This document shows, one piece after another, positions 11,126 to 22,227 of a DNA stretch of 64,000 nt. The translations under genes and the position numbers were made by a program. The notes beneath the pieces were generated by a model that made no database searches, had not been told where the DNA came from, and saw only the letters and a program-made list of their open reading frames with translations. Positions within the stretch are counted from its first letter, which is position 1. Each line of letters starts with the position of its first letter. This stretch comes from Octopus sinensis (Eukaryota): positions 30,070,001-30,134,000 of the forward strand of contig NC_043020.1 in the NCBI RefSeq assembly GCF_006345805.1. The letters run 5' to 3'.

Positions 11126-14100
11126 TCAAGATTGGTTGTGTAAATGCGCGTGGCTTGGGGTCCCCTTGGAAACAAGGGTACCTCTTAAATGACATAAAGT
11201 CACATAAGTTAGAAATCATAGCCATAAGCGAGACCAGACTCCACAATCCGCGGGCCCTAAAGACCATGTTTGGCGGACAGTTCAACATTTATTTTTCCCC
11301 CTGTCTGCCGAGAATGGGCGGTAGTGGCACCGCGGTACTTCTTCACAAGAGTCTGGATCTCAATGTAAGGACAATATTCGTAGACCGGAGGGTGAGGTAG
11401 ACTGGTCGTCCTGGATGTCGACGGCAGCAATGGGTGCGCTTTTCGGCTCGTATCAGTTTACGCACCGCCCTTAACAGGTCGGGCGGATTTCTTTCAACGT
11501 CTAGAAGTTTTCTTGGGAACGTCTCGTCCTTTACTCTTAGTGGGGGATTGGAATGCTACCTTGGACACGCATGTAGACTACGTGGGTAGAGATAGGAATA
11601 GACGGGGATGCAAATGCCTCAGAGACCTGCTCAGACGCTTTCAACTGTCTGACAGGTTTCGACTAGACCACCCGAATGCGCCAACGTGGACATGGAGCAA
11701 CCGCAGGGTCGTCGAGATCGTATCTAGATAGGATACTGTGTAGGACAGTAGATAGAGATAGCATAGGATGTCCACAATTCCACATAGTCAGCTACACGGA
11801 TCACAAACTTGTGACATGTACGCTAGACTTAGGTAAGACACTTAGGCAGGGTCCCGGATACTGGAAACTAAACGCGTCTTTCCCATCGAGACAAGTTTTC
11901 AGAGACCGGATTAGCACACTAGTAAAGAGGGCTTTGACGGGAGCCATCATCAACAACAAATGGTGGTTTGCCCTCAAGAGAGCAGTAAAAGCAGAAGCGA
12001 TTAGGTACAGCAAAGCACTAGCCATAGATAGAAATAGAGTAGAGGGTGAGCTAGTTAAGAAGCTAGAAGAGGCAATTAGAAGCGGACATCGCATCCGACG
12101 TTTTGGCGGCGAGGTTGGCCCTCGACCAACACTTCAACGCCAAACACGAAGGATGTGCTGTCAGAGCTAGGATGCGTGCTCTAAGGAACGAAGGTGTTGG
12201 AGCCGCGAGAGAGGCCCGGGTGGCAGAGGCGCAACAGGGCAACAAAGCCACCATTCGGTCACTGGTAGATGAACAGGGGCGCGAATTGCTCGAGCCAAGT
12301 AAAATGTGTGAGGCCTTTCAGCAGCATTTTGCCCGACTGTTCGGAACGAGTGGAGGGCAAGAACGTAGGGTGGACTTCAGTGCCTACCTACATAGCCTAC
12401 CACGACTCTCGACAAGAAAGGCAGGGTGCTGCGAAGGTGCCATCACGGCGGCGGAAGTGCGGGAAGCGATGGCAGAATGCTCGAGGGACAAATCACCGGG
12501 TTTGGATGGTCTACCCTACGAGCTTTACAATTGTATGCCAGACTTGTTTGGAGATCTCTTGGCGGCGGTGTACTGCAACTGCAGCAAAACGGGAGCATTC
12601 CGGTTTTGTGAGCCGAGGAGCCGTAACACTGCTGAAGAAAGATCTAAACAAGGGAAATGTAATAGATAACTTTAGGCCCATCACTCTGCTTAATGCAGAC
12701 TTGAAAATTTTGGCCAAGGTGCTAGCCAAGAGGTTGGCGCTTGTCATCGAGAAACTGGTCGACAAGGCGCAAACATGCGCCGTGCCAGGCCGGACCATCC
12801 ATGACAACCTCCATCTGATGCGCTACATCATAGACAGGGTAGTTAACGAACCTGGCATGGGTGGGGCCCTGATCAACTTGGATCAATCAAAAGCCTTTGA
12901 TAGGGTAGACCATCGATACTTGGAGGCAGTCCTGAGAGCGGCTGGTTTCGGTCCCGTCTTCCGCGGCTGGATAGCTGCCTTGTACAGAGGCATCCGTTCG
13001 GTAATTCGCGTAAATGGACATCTATCGAGACCTTTCGACATTGCACGTTCGGTCCGTCAGGGATGCCCCCTCTCGGCGCTTCTATACGTATTGACTCTTG
13101 AGCCACTACTGCGGAAGCTGGCGACTCTAAGGGGCATCCCGCGAGAATTGGGATGCGGGACGAGCGTGTCTGCATACGCGGACGACGTCACCGTCATAGT
13201 GTCTAGCCACGAGCACATCGAGCTGGTCGGCGAGACACTGAAAAACTACGAAGCGGTGACAGGAGCGAAAATCAACCGGGAAAAGTCAGTGGGCTTGCGA
13301 CTAGGCACCTGGAGAAGCAAGCCCATGCCGTCCACCAGCGCCTCCGTCGTGGGACGCTGGACCGACGGCCCGGTTGAGTTGCTCGGGGTCTGGTTTGGTC
13401 CGGACCTCCAAGTGGAGAAGAACTGGAACGAGATAACGAGTAGGGTGGTCACTCTCGCCCGGCAATGGGCCGAGAGGAAACTGTCCCTAAAAGGTCGAGC
13501 GGAGGTGGCGAACACGTACATCGCGTCCGTCATCTACTACCGCCTGACCGTCGTACCTTGTCCCGACCCTACCATCACCAAACTACAACGCATCCTCTTT
13601 CGCTTCTTGTGGAAAGGATGCGTCCCGATGGTCAGGCGATCCATTTGCTGTCAACACCCGTTAAAAGGAGGGCTGGGCATGCCGTGGTTGATGATGCGCA
13701 GACACGCGCTGAGACTGCGACATCTCTGGCTATGTAGACGACGGTGAACAGGTGAGGCACGCTTTCCCGCAGCTCGTCTCCATGACCGAACTGCAGTCGT
13801 GGATCAAAAAGAGGCCGAGGAAGGGCGAATGGCACCGCGAGTGTCGCGTTGCTCTCAAGCAACTCTGCCGTCCTGGGTCGACCTTAAGTGACTTCAACAC
13901 AACCAAAGCATTCTATAGGGGTTTAGTGGAGGGGAGGTACGACGACGAGCTCGGGGCGAACCTGGACGTCGACGAGGAGTACCTGACCCGCCTGTTCGGG
14001 ACGACTTTCGGGCCAGGGCCCATGGACAACTTCCAGAGATCCCTGGCCTGGCAGTGCTACCGAGAAGCGCTACCCGTTCGGGATAAGCTCTACAGACACG

Positions 14101-14543
14101 GCTCGAGAAACACGGGGCCGACCTGCCCGAGATGCGGTCAGAGCGACGAAACCGTTCTGCACGCACTCGTTCAGTGTCCAACAATTTCCGACCTGTGGGC
14201 TTATGTCGAACAACTGCTGTCACGTGTGGGACGAGTCGGTTTATCAGCTGAGTCTATCGTCAATATTGTCACGCCTCCTTCCTTCAAACGGGAAGGAAGA
14301 GCTATTTTCATCATCCTTGTGGCTATGGCGAAAGAATGTATCTGGTGGACGCGTCTGAAAGGATTGGAGACAAACACTTTCCTCTCTGGTCAATCTCTCA
14401 TCAACTTCTTCAAGTACCACTTGAAAAGGAAAGTGAGAGTAGAGAGGCAAGTTTTGTCTAGCGAATGTTTTAAAAAAAGATGGGTGAATGTAGCAAGAAT
14501 GGCACGTATGAATGACGAAGCCACCTTGAGCATAGTCCTATGA
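11122..14543 (+). pseudogene. Tx1 ORF2 (AP endonuclease, reverse transcriptase, zf-RVT), broken by several frameshifts
   Basis: APE: MIKIGCVNARGL, ISETRL, GDWNA, SYLDRI, TDHK. RT: FRPITLLNADLKILAK, NLDQSKAFDRVDH, VRQGCPLS, AYADDVTV. C-terminal CPRCGQSDETVLHALVQCP. Confidence 0.95.
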
Positions 14544-14930
14544 ACCCAGAAATCGAAAACAGAGAGTTGCTTATTTGCAAAAAAAAAAAAAAAAAAAAAG
14601 AAATATAAAATGTGACTTCATTGACCGAGGTTACCGTGGTCTTTTCCGCAGGCTTTTCTTTCCACGGGTAAACCTCCTGTCCTCCCCTTTACACTTCATA
14701 TTGACATTTCTGTGATAACGATCCCTATTGATCATTTTTTTTCCTCTCCCCCCCCCTTTTTTTTTTTTTTAACCCCCTTATTTTTGTCCTCTTTCTCTCC
14801 TTTTACGATCCCTTTTGATCGAACTCCCCCTTCCTTTTTTTTTTTTTTTTTTTAATACCTTCAAAAGAAAAGCTCTACCTTGTAATTTGTTCTATCTGTG
14901 TGCAGCCCTGTGTGGCTAATAAAGAAACAT

Positions 14931-14995
14931 ATCTATCTATCTATCTATCTATCTGTCTATCTACCTGTCTATCTATCTATCTATCTATCTACCTG

Positions 14996-15051
<56 letters not shown>

Positions 15052-15055
15052 CCTG

Positions 15056-15121
<66 letters not shown>

Positions 15122-15160
15122 CGTCTATCTGTCTATCTATCTATCTATCTACCTACCTAC

Positions 15161-15221
<61 letters not shown>

Positions 15222-15222
15222 G

Positions 15223-15268
<46 letters not shown>
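14931..15268. repeat. (ATCT)n microsatellite, 3' flank of the Tx1 element
   Basis: Direct inspection. Confidence 0.97.
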
Positions 15269-15269
<1 letters not shown>

Positions 15270-15659
15270 GTGTCTGTGTATGAAATACTTTAACGTAATG
15301 GATGCATTTATTTATTATGCAATCGTGTGAAATATATGTATTAAGTGATTTCAATATAGTATTATTTGATTTGACTTTATTATTATACCCGTGTATGTAT
15401 GTATGTATGTATGCATGCATGCATGCATGCATGCATGTATGTATGTATGTATGCATGTATGTATGAATGTATGAATGTATGTATGAATGTATGTATGTAT
15501 GTGTGTATGTATGTATGTATGTATGCATGTATGTTTGCATGTATGTATGTATGTATGTATGTATGTATGTATGTATGTATGTATGCATGTATGTATCTAT
15601 GCGTGTATGTATGTTAGTGTATGTGTCTGCATGTATATATATATGTGTGTGTGTATAGG

Positions 15660-15850
15660 GGGAGAATTCACAAAAGAAACAACAAAAGACGAAGGCAGGT
15701 TGTTTAGATAACAAACAAATGTATTAGTATAACGCTCGGGAAGTGAAAAAGTCTTTAACGTTTCGAGCCTACGCTCTTCCACAGCGAGGAACACAGAAAG
15801 AAACAAGGAGAGAAAACAAAGAATGTGTAGTGGCTAGCGATCTATCAGGG
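15660..15850 (-). mobile_element. PLE pLTR-like remnant with a degenerate hammerhead motif
   Basis: Minus strand CTGTGGA-A-GAGC-GTAG-GCTC-GAAACGTTAAAG..TTCCCGAGCGT, homologous to 32337-32470. Confidence 0.55.
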
Positions 15851-16800
15851 CGAATGCCGGACAGAAGGGTCACACAGGAGAGCTAGGGAGAAGGGGAGAT
15901 AATAAAGTAGTGGTGATCCCAAAACGAAGGTGCGCGTGCGTGTGTATAAGAGAGTTTGTTTGTGTGTGTGGAAGAGGACTGATGATCTTGATGTGTGTGT
16001 GTGTGTGTAGGTGGGAAAATGTGGGACTGAGAAGTGGTCAGTGCTGATGTGTACATGGTGGTGTGTTGTGATGTGATGTGTTGTCTGGTATGGTAGTGTA
16101 AAGTGTAGTGGTGTGTTGTGGTGTGGTGGTGTTGGGGGGGCGAGAATGGGGAAAATAAGGGTGGGGTGTGGGTTAGGCTGAGGGTGGGGGTAGAAGTGGG
16201 GTATGTCGGTAAGCGGAGGGTGGGTGTAGAGGTGGGGTATGTTGGAATGGGTGTAAGGGATGGGGTGGGGTGGGATAGGAAGGATAGGAAGGATAGGAAG
16301 GATAGGGAAGGTGTGTGGAATGTGTAGGGGTGGGGTGGGCTTACGAGGGAGGGGTGACGATGAAGGAGGGAAAGAGAAGGTGGGTAGGAGTGAAGAGAAG
16401 AGAGAAGGAGAGGAGGGAAGAGAAGTAGGAGTCGGAGTAAGAGAGGAGAGGTAGGTGGGAGGAAGTAGGTGTGAAGGATAGAAAGGCAAGGGGAGGGGGT
16501 TAGATGAAGAGGGGAGGAGAGTTGAGTCCATGTGGCGCAAATGAGCGAAGAGAGAAGATTAATCTCTTTATTAATCCCTACGTTAAGATTAATATATATA
16601 TATACATGCATACATACATACATGTGTGTGTTTGTGTGTCCTTAATGACAGTAATTATGCTTGATTAAATAAATATTAGACAGGTACGTCCTATTCATAT
16701 AGATCTTCTCTAGGTTCATAGATTACATCATCACATATATTTTTTCAGCCTCTACCTTTACACCTATTTCGATTGTAATCCCTATTTAATACATAGATAT

Positions 16801-16849
<49 letters not shown>

Positions 16850-16899
16850 CATATCTGGTCACGATGATGAAGCTGACATAATCCAACAAGACATACTTT

Positions 16900-17700
16900 G
16901 TCAAACAGATTTGGCCCACGAAAATGCTTGTTTCCCCCAGCTAAAACCTGAATTTAACAAACTTTTAAATAAGGTAAGAAAAATTTCAAAACTTTTCCGT
17001 AAATCTCCTACAAAAAATGAAATTTTGCAAGATTTTGTACGAGCGAACTTTGATAACAGAGAATATAAACTTCTACTGGATTGCAGAACTCGGTGGAATG
17101 GCACACATTCCATATAATTGAGAGATTTTTGAAATTGAAAAGCTGCTTTCCAAATGCTTTACGAGCAGAACTTTCCACAGATGCCGTCGCTGACGAAGAA
17201 TGGAAATCTCTCGATTTACTATATGAAATTCTGCATTCAGTAGAAATTATTTTGAAGGCTATTTGCGCTGATACGGGTTTACTGAAAGCGGAATATTCGA
17301 TAGAGTTTTTAGTGAATAAACTTAATATAGTCGGCAACCCTTTGGCTCTAAATCTTCGTGAAAGACTTATGCATAGATATAATAAGAGAAGAAATGTCGA
17401 AACCTCGACTCTCTTGAGGTATTTACATAACCCAAGGAAATTTAAAGGGGAGTCAATTTCTGGACCTTTTCTATTTTTTAACGAAACAACATTTAAGGAA
17501 GTATGCTGACCAAACATATAGGAGATTATTTCCTGAACATGACCCTGGGAACACAACAGAATTATACAAAGAAAATGAAATAGGAGGGAACCTAAAACCA
17601 AGTGTTACTGTTGTCCCATCTACTTATGAAGGTAATGGACTCATTCGTGAATACACAAGCGCAATGAAGAAAATGAACGAAGGGCCCAAGATGGAAACGG
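16900..17700 (+). pseudogene. hAT (hobo/Hermes-like) transposase fragment
   Basis: KVRKISKLFRKSP, LLLDCRTRWN, IERFLKLK, EEWKSL, YLHNP. Frameshifted; no TIRs seen. Confidence 0.85.
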
Positions 17701-17745
17701 ATGGATTTGAAATCTCTAAAGAATTCGGGTACTATCTAAGAAGAG

Positions 17746-17937
17746 TGGTCCCGGTGCGCGCACTCGCGCATCCGCGCTAGCTAGTCGTGACTAGTCGATC
17801 CTACAACGACTACCTAGCAAAGTAAATAAAACACAAAATAAATAATTTTTTTACACAAAGTAAATAATTTTTGTTAAACAAAGAAACACAAAGTACGACT
17901 AGCTAGCGCGGATGCGCGAGTGCGCGCACCGGGACCA
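17746..17937. mobile_element. GC-rich 192-bp element with perfect 43-bp terminal inverted repeats (MITE-like)
   Basis: TGGTCCCGGTGCGCGCACTCGCGCATCCGCGCTAGCTAGTCGT (17746-17788) is the exact reverse complement of 17895-17937. The spacer is AT-rich and no TSD was found. Confidence 0.75.
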
Positions 17938-18040
17938 ACAGAATATGCTTCAACACACGAACTCACATAAAGAATCTTGCAAACCAAATCCAAAAACGAA
18001 ATATGTATATGTGTGTGTGTGTGTGTGTGTATAAGCAAAG

Positions 18041-18080
18041 ACTGTCCGACGAACGGGAACGAGAAACTCAGAGTAACAGG
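18041..18080 (+). ncRNA. Minimal type I hammerhead ribozyme candidate (CCGACGA core)
   Basis: Stem I CTGT/ACAG; core CCGACGA; stem II CG-GGAA-CG; GAAA; palindromic stem III ACTC-A-GAGT; triplet GUA. It lies between (TG)n and (TA)n. Confidence 0.6.
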
Positions 18081-18094
18081 TTTTATATATATAT

Positions 18095-18148
<54 letters not shown>

Positions 18149-18153
18149 TGGGA

Positions 18154-18538
18154 TGGAAGCACTCCGTCGGTTACGACGACGAGGGTTCCGGTTGATCCGA
18201 CCAACGGTACAGCATGCTCGTGAAATTAACGTGTAAGTGGCTGAGCACTCCACAGACACGTGTACCCTTAACGTAGTTCTCGGGGATATTCAGCGTGACA
18301 CAGAGAGTGACAAGGCCGGCCCTTTGAAATACAGGTACAACAGAAACAGGAAGTAAGAGTGAGAGAGAGTTGTGGTGAAAGAGTACAGCAGGGATCACCA
18401 CCATCCCGTGCTGGAGCCTCGTGGAGCTTTAGGTGTTTTCGCTCAATAAACACTCACAGCGCCCGGTCTGGGAATCGAAACCGCGATCCTACGACCGCGA
18501 GTCCGCTGCCCTAACCACTGGGCCATTGCGCCTCCACT
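18154..18538 (-). mobile_element. SINE-C, near full length, in (TA)n
   Basis: Head GGAGGCGCAATGGCCCAGTGGTTAGG (A box) and GGTTTCGATTCCC (B box). The tail is shared with 5240-5585 and 42222-42320. Confidence 0.9.
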
Positions 18539-18859
18539 ATATATATAGTACAACAACCACAGATAACATTCTCAATTTTTTATCATTAGATAAAGTTTGA
18601 TTCTGTAATTTAAATGAGTGGCCAGAATACTCTTTACTTCCTTAGTATTATCAGCTTGTGGTTGCTATAGAAAGGGCTTTGTCATGAAGTTATTATAAAT
18701 AAAGAGCTCCTCCTAATCTGTGTGCTTGTGTGTGTATAAATGTAAGAGACAGAAAATATCCAGACGATGAATATTCATGTGTAAATATAAAGATATTTAT
18801 ATATAAAGAGAGAAAACTTAGACAGATAACAATGGCACAGAAAATTAGAGGGAGACTGT

Positions 18860-19550
18860 ATAGTGTCACAGGCCCGACAACTGTTTCTAGGGACTTGGAA
18901 TCACACCACAGTTTTCGTGGATGTTGTTCACAAAAAAATCAAGAATATAGAAGCAGTAATGGAAGCATATAAACAACAGGTTGATCTGGTTTCTACCTCC
19001 AGAATGGGGATTTAGGTAGCTAACCTAGTTAAAAGCATTTAATGCTCATCCAAAAATAGTTGCATATCAACGTGGGGAATTTGGGCTGCTATTTTTAGTA
19101 AGTCAAATGAATGTTTAAAGCCTTCTTTGTTTGCACAAACATTGTATGCATATATATTAACCACCGCCCTAACAATCACCTTGAGCACCTTTTTGAATTC
19201 CATGACTCTAACATACACGGGCAGGTCTACAAAGCCAGAAAACAGCACAGCTCCCATGACTTTCGGAAACAATTTTTCGCACATGGAATTGCTGAAGCAT
19301 GGAGCAATCTACCTGCATCAGTTGTTAGTTGCCGAGACATTGCATCTTTTAAAACCACCGTGCTCCCTGAAATTCACCAACACTACACCTGATATCCCCT
19401 GCTCCATATGCATGCACACATGTGTATCACGACACAGTTCACTTTCCTGATATTTGTACATAATTCTATGCACTATACATGCATCTCTGATAAGTTGTAG
19501 TGCACCTGAGCACTATACACAATCATTTCATGATCATTATTATCATTATT
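18860..19550 (+). mobile_element. CR1-clade LINE 3' fragment
   Basis: HDFRKQFFAHGIAEAWSNLPASVVSCRDIASFK resembles the CR1 C-terminal RxxFFSxRVVxxWNxLPxxVV..FK. The 3' UTR ends in ATT-type repeats. Confidence 0.8.
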
Positions 19551-19790
19551 CTTCTGCAAGCTTCACTACGGGAAGGAGAGAGAGATGGGGGAGGAGGAGG
19601 AGGACAGAGTGATTTTAAATTTCAGCCATTATGGTATGTATTAGATTACTGTCTGCAGATTGGTGTCATTAGTGGACAGGCCTGTCAGACATGAAAATAA
19701 TGAATCGGAAATGCGGACATCATTGCAACTTTCGAAGAAATGAGTACAGGTAGACAGTGAAATCAATATGGAGAGCCACGTAGTAGATAA

Positions 19791-19851
<61 letters not shown>

Positions 19852-19923
19852 GTATGAAGGACCTATAATCCTTTAAGGACGTCTGCATGTCAATTTCTCC
19901 ATTTTCTTTTTTGTACGTTCATA

Positions 19924-19997
<74 letters not shown>

Positions 19998-21042
19998 GAA
20001 CAAAGAGATAGATATTGTAAATATGTTTGTGTATTGAGTCATTTAAGCGTATTGTGGACCCAGTTGTCGTAATGAGACACACATATATCTATAATATTGC
20101 ATTGTGTTATATTATATAATACTGAGACAAACAGTATGGAGAATAGATATTTTTTTGTAGACGAGACCATTATCATTTGAATAGTTAGCTCTGAGAAAGA
20201 AAGGAAAAAACAAAACTTGGCTGTCAGAGACTGAGAACAACGAACGTGAATTCATTGTGGAAGAGAGAAGTGAAAGATTATTAGCTGGGTATAAAAATAG
20301 GCGGAGCTGTTCGTTTTAGTTCGTTCTGAAAAGGTCGTTCTCTTGGAAACGAAGACCCGAGTTAAGATATGGAAGAAAAGAAGGAAGGAAAGAAGGCAGG
20401 AAGGTTGGATGGCAGAGGTCGATTAAATGCTGAGAAACGTGTGAAAAGAGAAGCAAGCAATGGCGAAAAACATTTTCAGACGAGTCCAAATCTATATCGG
20501 GAGTTGCTTAAATAAACGACACGTCAAAATGCTATGAAAGACACAGCGAAACAGCTATTTGAAAAGGACGAGTCCATTTTATTCTTTCTCAATTTCATTC
20601 TCGTCAGGAGGGAAATGAAATGAGTGAAGCGTACAGCAATAATTTGCTCTTTGTTTCACAGCAGCAATGGCTGCTCTAGTTACTCCGCCTGACCTTTTAA
20701 CTCGCTGTTCCAATCCTCTCTCTCTCTCTTCCTCCCCTTCCTCCTCCTCCTCCTCTCCCTCCTACTGCCACCACCGTCGCTACCACTACCGCATTCATGC
20801 CATCCTCTCAAATATTCATACTATGTAGCACACACACGACGCCACCTGACGTTCGGTGCGCGAGATGATTCATCGTCTGCCAGCGGCAAACAGCCAATAT
20901 TTACTCACTGCCTCAATGTCTGACTGTCTGTGCGCCTGTCTGACTGTTGTCCGTCCGACTGACTGTTGTTGTTGTTGTTAGTCTAACTGGCTTCCATTTT
21001 AGCTGCCGTTACTCTGCCTCCTACTCCCTCCTCTTTTCTCCT

Positions 21043-22227
21043 CCCCCTCCCTCTCTCTCTCTCATTCTGTTTCTCTTTTCCTTTGACTTCATTTGATTCG
21101 GGTTTTTCGCATTTAATCTACATAGACTCAGTGTATTACCTTCCCCTTTCCTCTTCTCCCTCCTCCTCCTCCTCTGTCACTTCCTCCTACTCCTCCAGTT
21201 TTCTCCTCTTGCAACTACCATTAATCCTCCTCCCACCAACACTAGTCTTATCAACTACCATCCTTTCACCATAAACATTTACATATTACCTTCCCACTAC
21301 CACCACCGCCATTAATACCTTTCCTCGCTGCTGCCAACCATTAAAATGAATACTTTTCTCATCACCATTCCCTAAATACCATCCTTTCACAAGCATACCA
21401 CCACCATCACCACCACCACCACCATCACCACCTCCGCCACCGCCTCTGCCGCCATCACCGCTACAGCTTGCCATTCTACTTCGTTGCCGTTTATCTAAAC
21501 ATTTCATCTTGTACAGACTTAACATTCTTCACTGTAATATCACACACACGCACACACATACACATACACATACACACTCGCGCTCACACACACAGTCTTT
21601 TTTCTCTACTCATTTTCCTCAGTTTTTCCCCTCCCTCTCTCTCTCTCATTCTGTTTCTCTTTTCCTTTGACTTCATTTGATTCGGGTTTTTCGCATTTAA
21701 TCTACATAGACTCAGTGTATTACCTTCCCCTTTCCTCTTCTCCCTCCTCCTCCTCCTCTGTCACTTCCTCCTACTCCTCCAGTTTTCTCCTCTTGCAACT
21801 ACCATTAATCCTCCTCCCACCAACACTAGTCTTATCAACTACCATCCTTTCACCATAAACATTTACATATTACCTTCCCACTACCACCACCGCCATTAAT
21901 ACCTTTCCTCGCTGCTGCCAACCATTAAAATGAATACTTTTCTCATCACCATTCCCTAAATACCATCCTTTCACAAGCATACCACCACCATCACCACCAC
22001 CACCACCATCACCACCGCCGCCACCGCCTCTGCCGCCATCACCGCTACAGCTTGCCATTCTACTTCGTTGCCGTTTATCTAAACATTTCATCTTGTACAG
22101 ACTTAACATTCTTCACTGTAATATCACACACACGCACACACATACACATACACATACACACTCGCGCTCACACACACAGTCTTTTTATCTCTACTCATTT
22201 TCCTCAGTTTTTCCCCTCCCTCTCTCT
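21043..22227. repeat. Near-identical 584-bp tandem duplication
   Basis: Identical ORFs at 21083/21667, 21286/21870 and 21468/22052 (offset 584). Only a couple of differences were seen. Confidence 0.95.

Larger units (their letters stand above)
9995..14930 (+). mobile_element. Tx1/L1-clade non-LTR retrotransposon, 5'-truncated in ORF1, inserted in (ATCT)n
   Basis: ORF1 remnant with a CCHC knuckle, ORF2 with APE, RT and C-terminal zinc finger, and a 3' UTR ending AATAAAGAAACAT. (ATCT)n lies on both flanks (about 9947-9994 and 14931-15268). Confidence 0.92.

Noticed and set aside
10528-11175. 215-aa hydrophobic minus-strand ORF
   Set aside because: It is antisense to the A/C-rich Tx1 ORF1; the hydrophobicity follows from T/G-rich codons.
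15845-16623. 231-aa and 246-aa Pro/His-rich minus-strand ORFs
   Set aside because: Low-complexity G-rich sequence with no domain motifs and no splice support.
18145-18541. 9-bp inverted ends (ATATAGTGG/CCACTATAT) around SINE-C
   Set aside because: Only 4 bases are informative in a (TA)n background, so chance is plausible.
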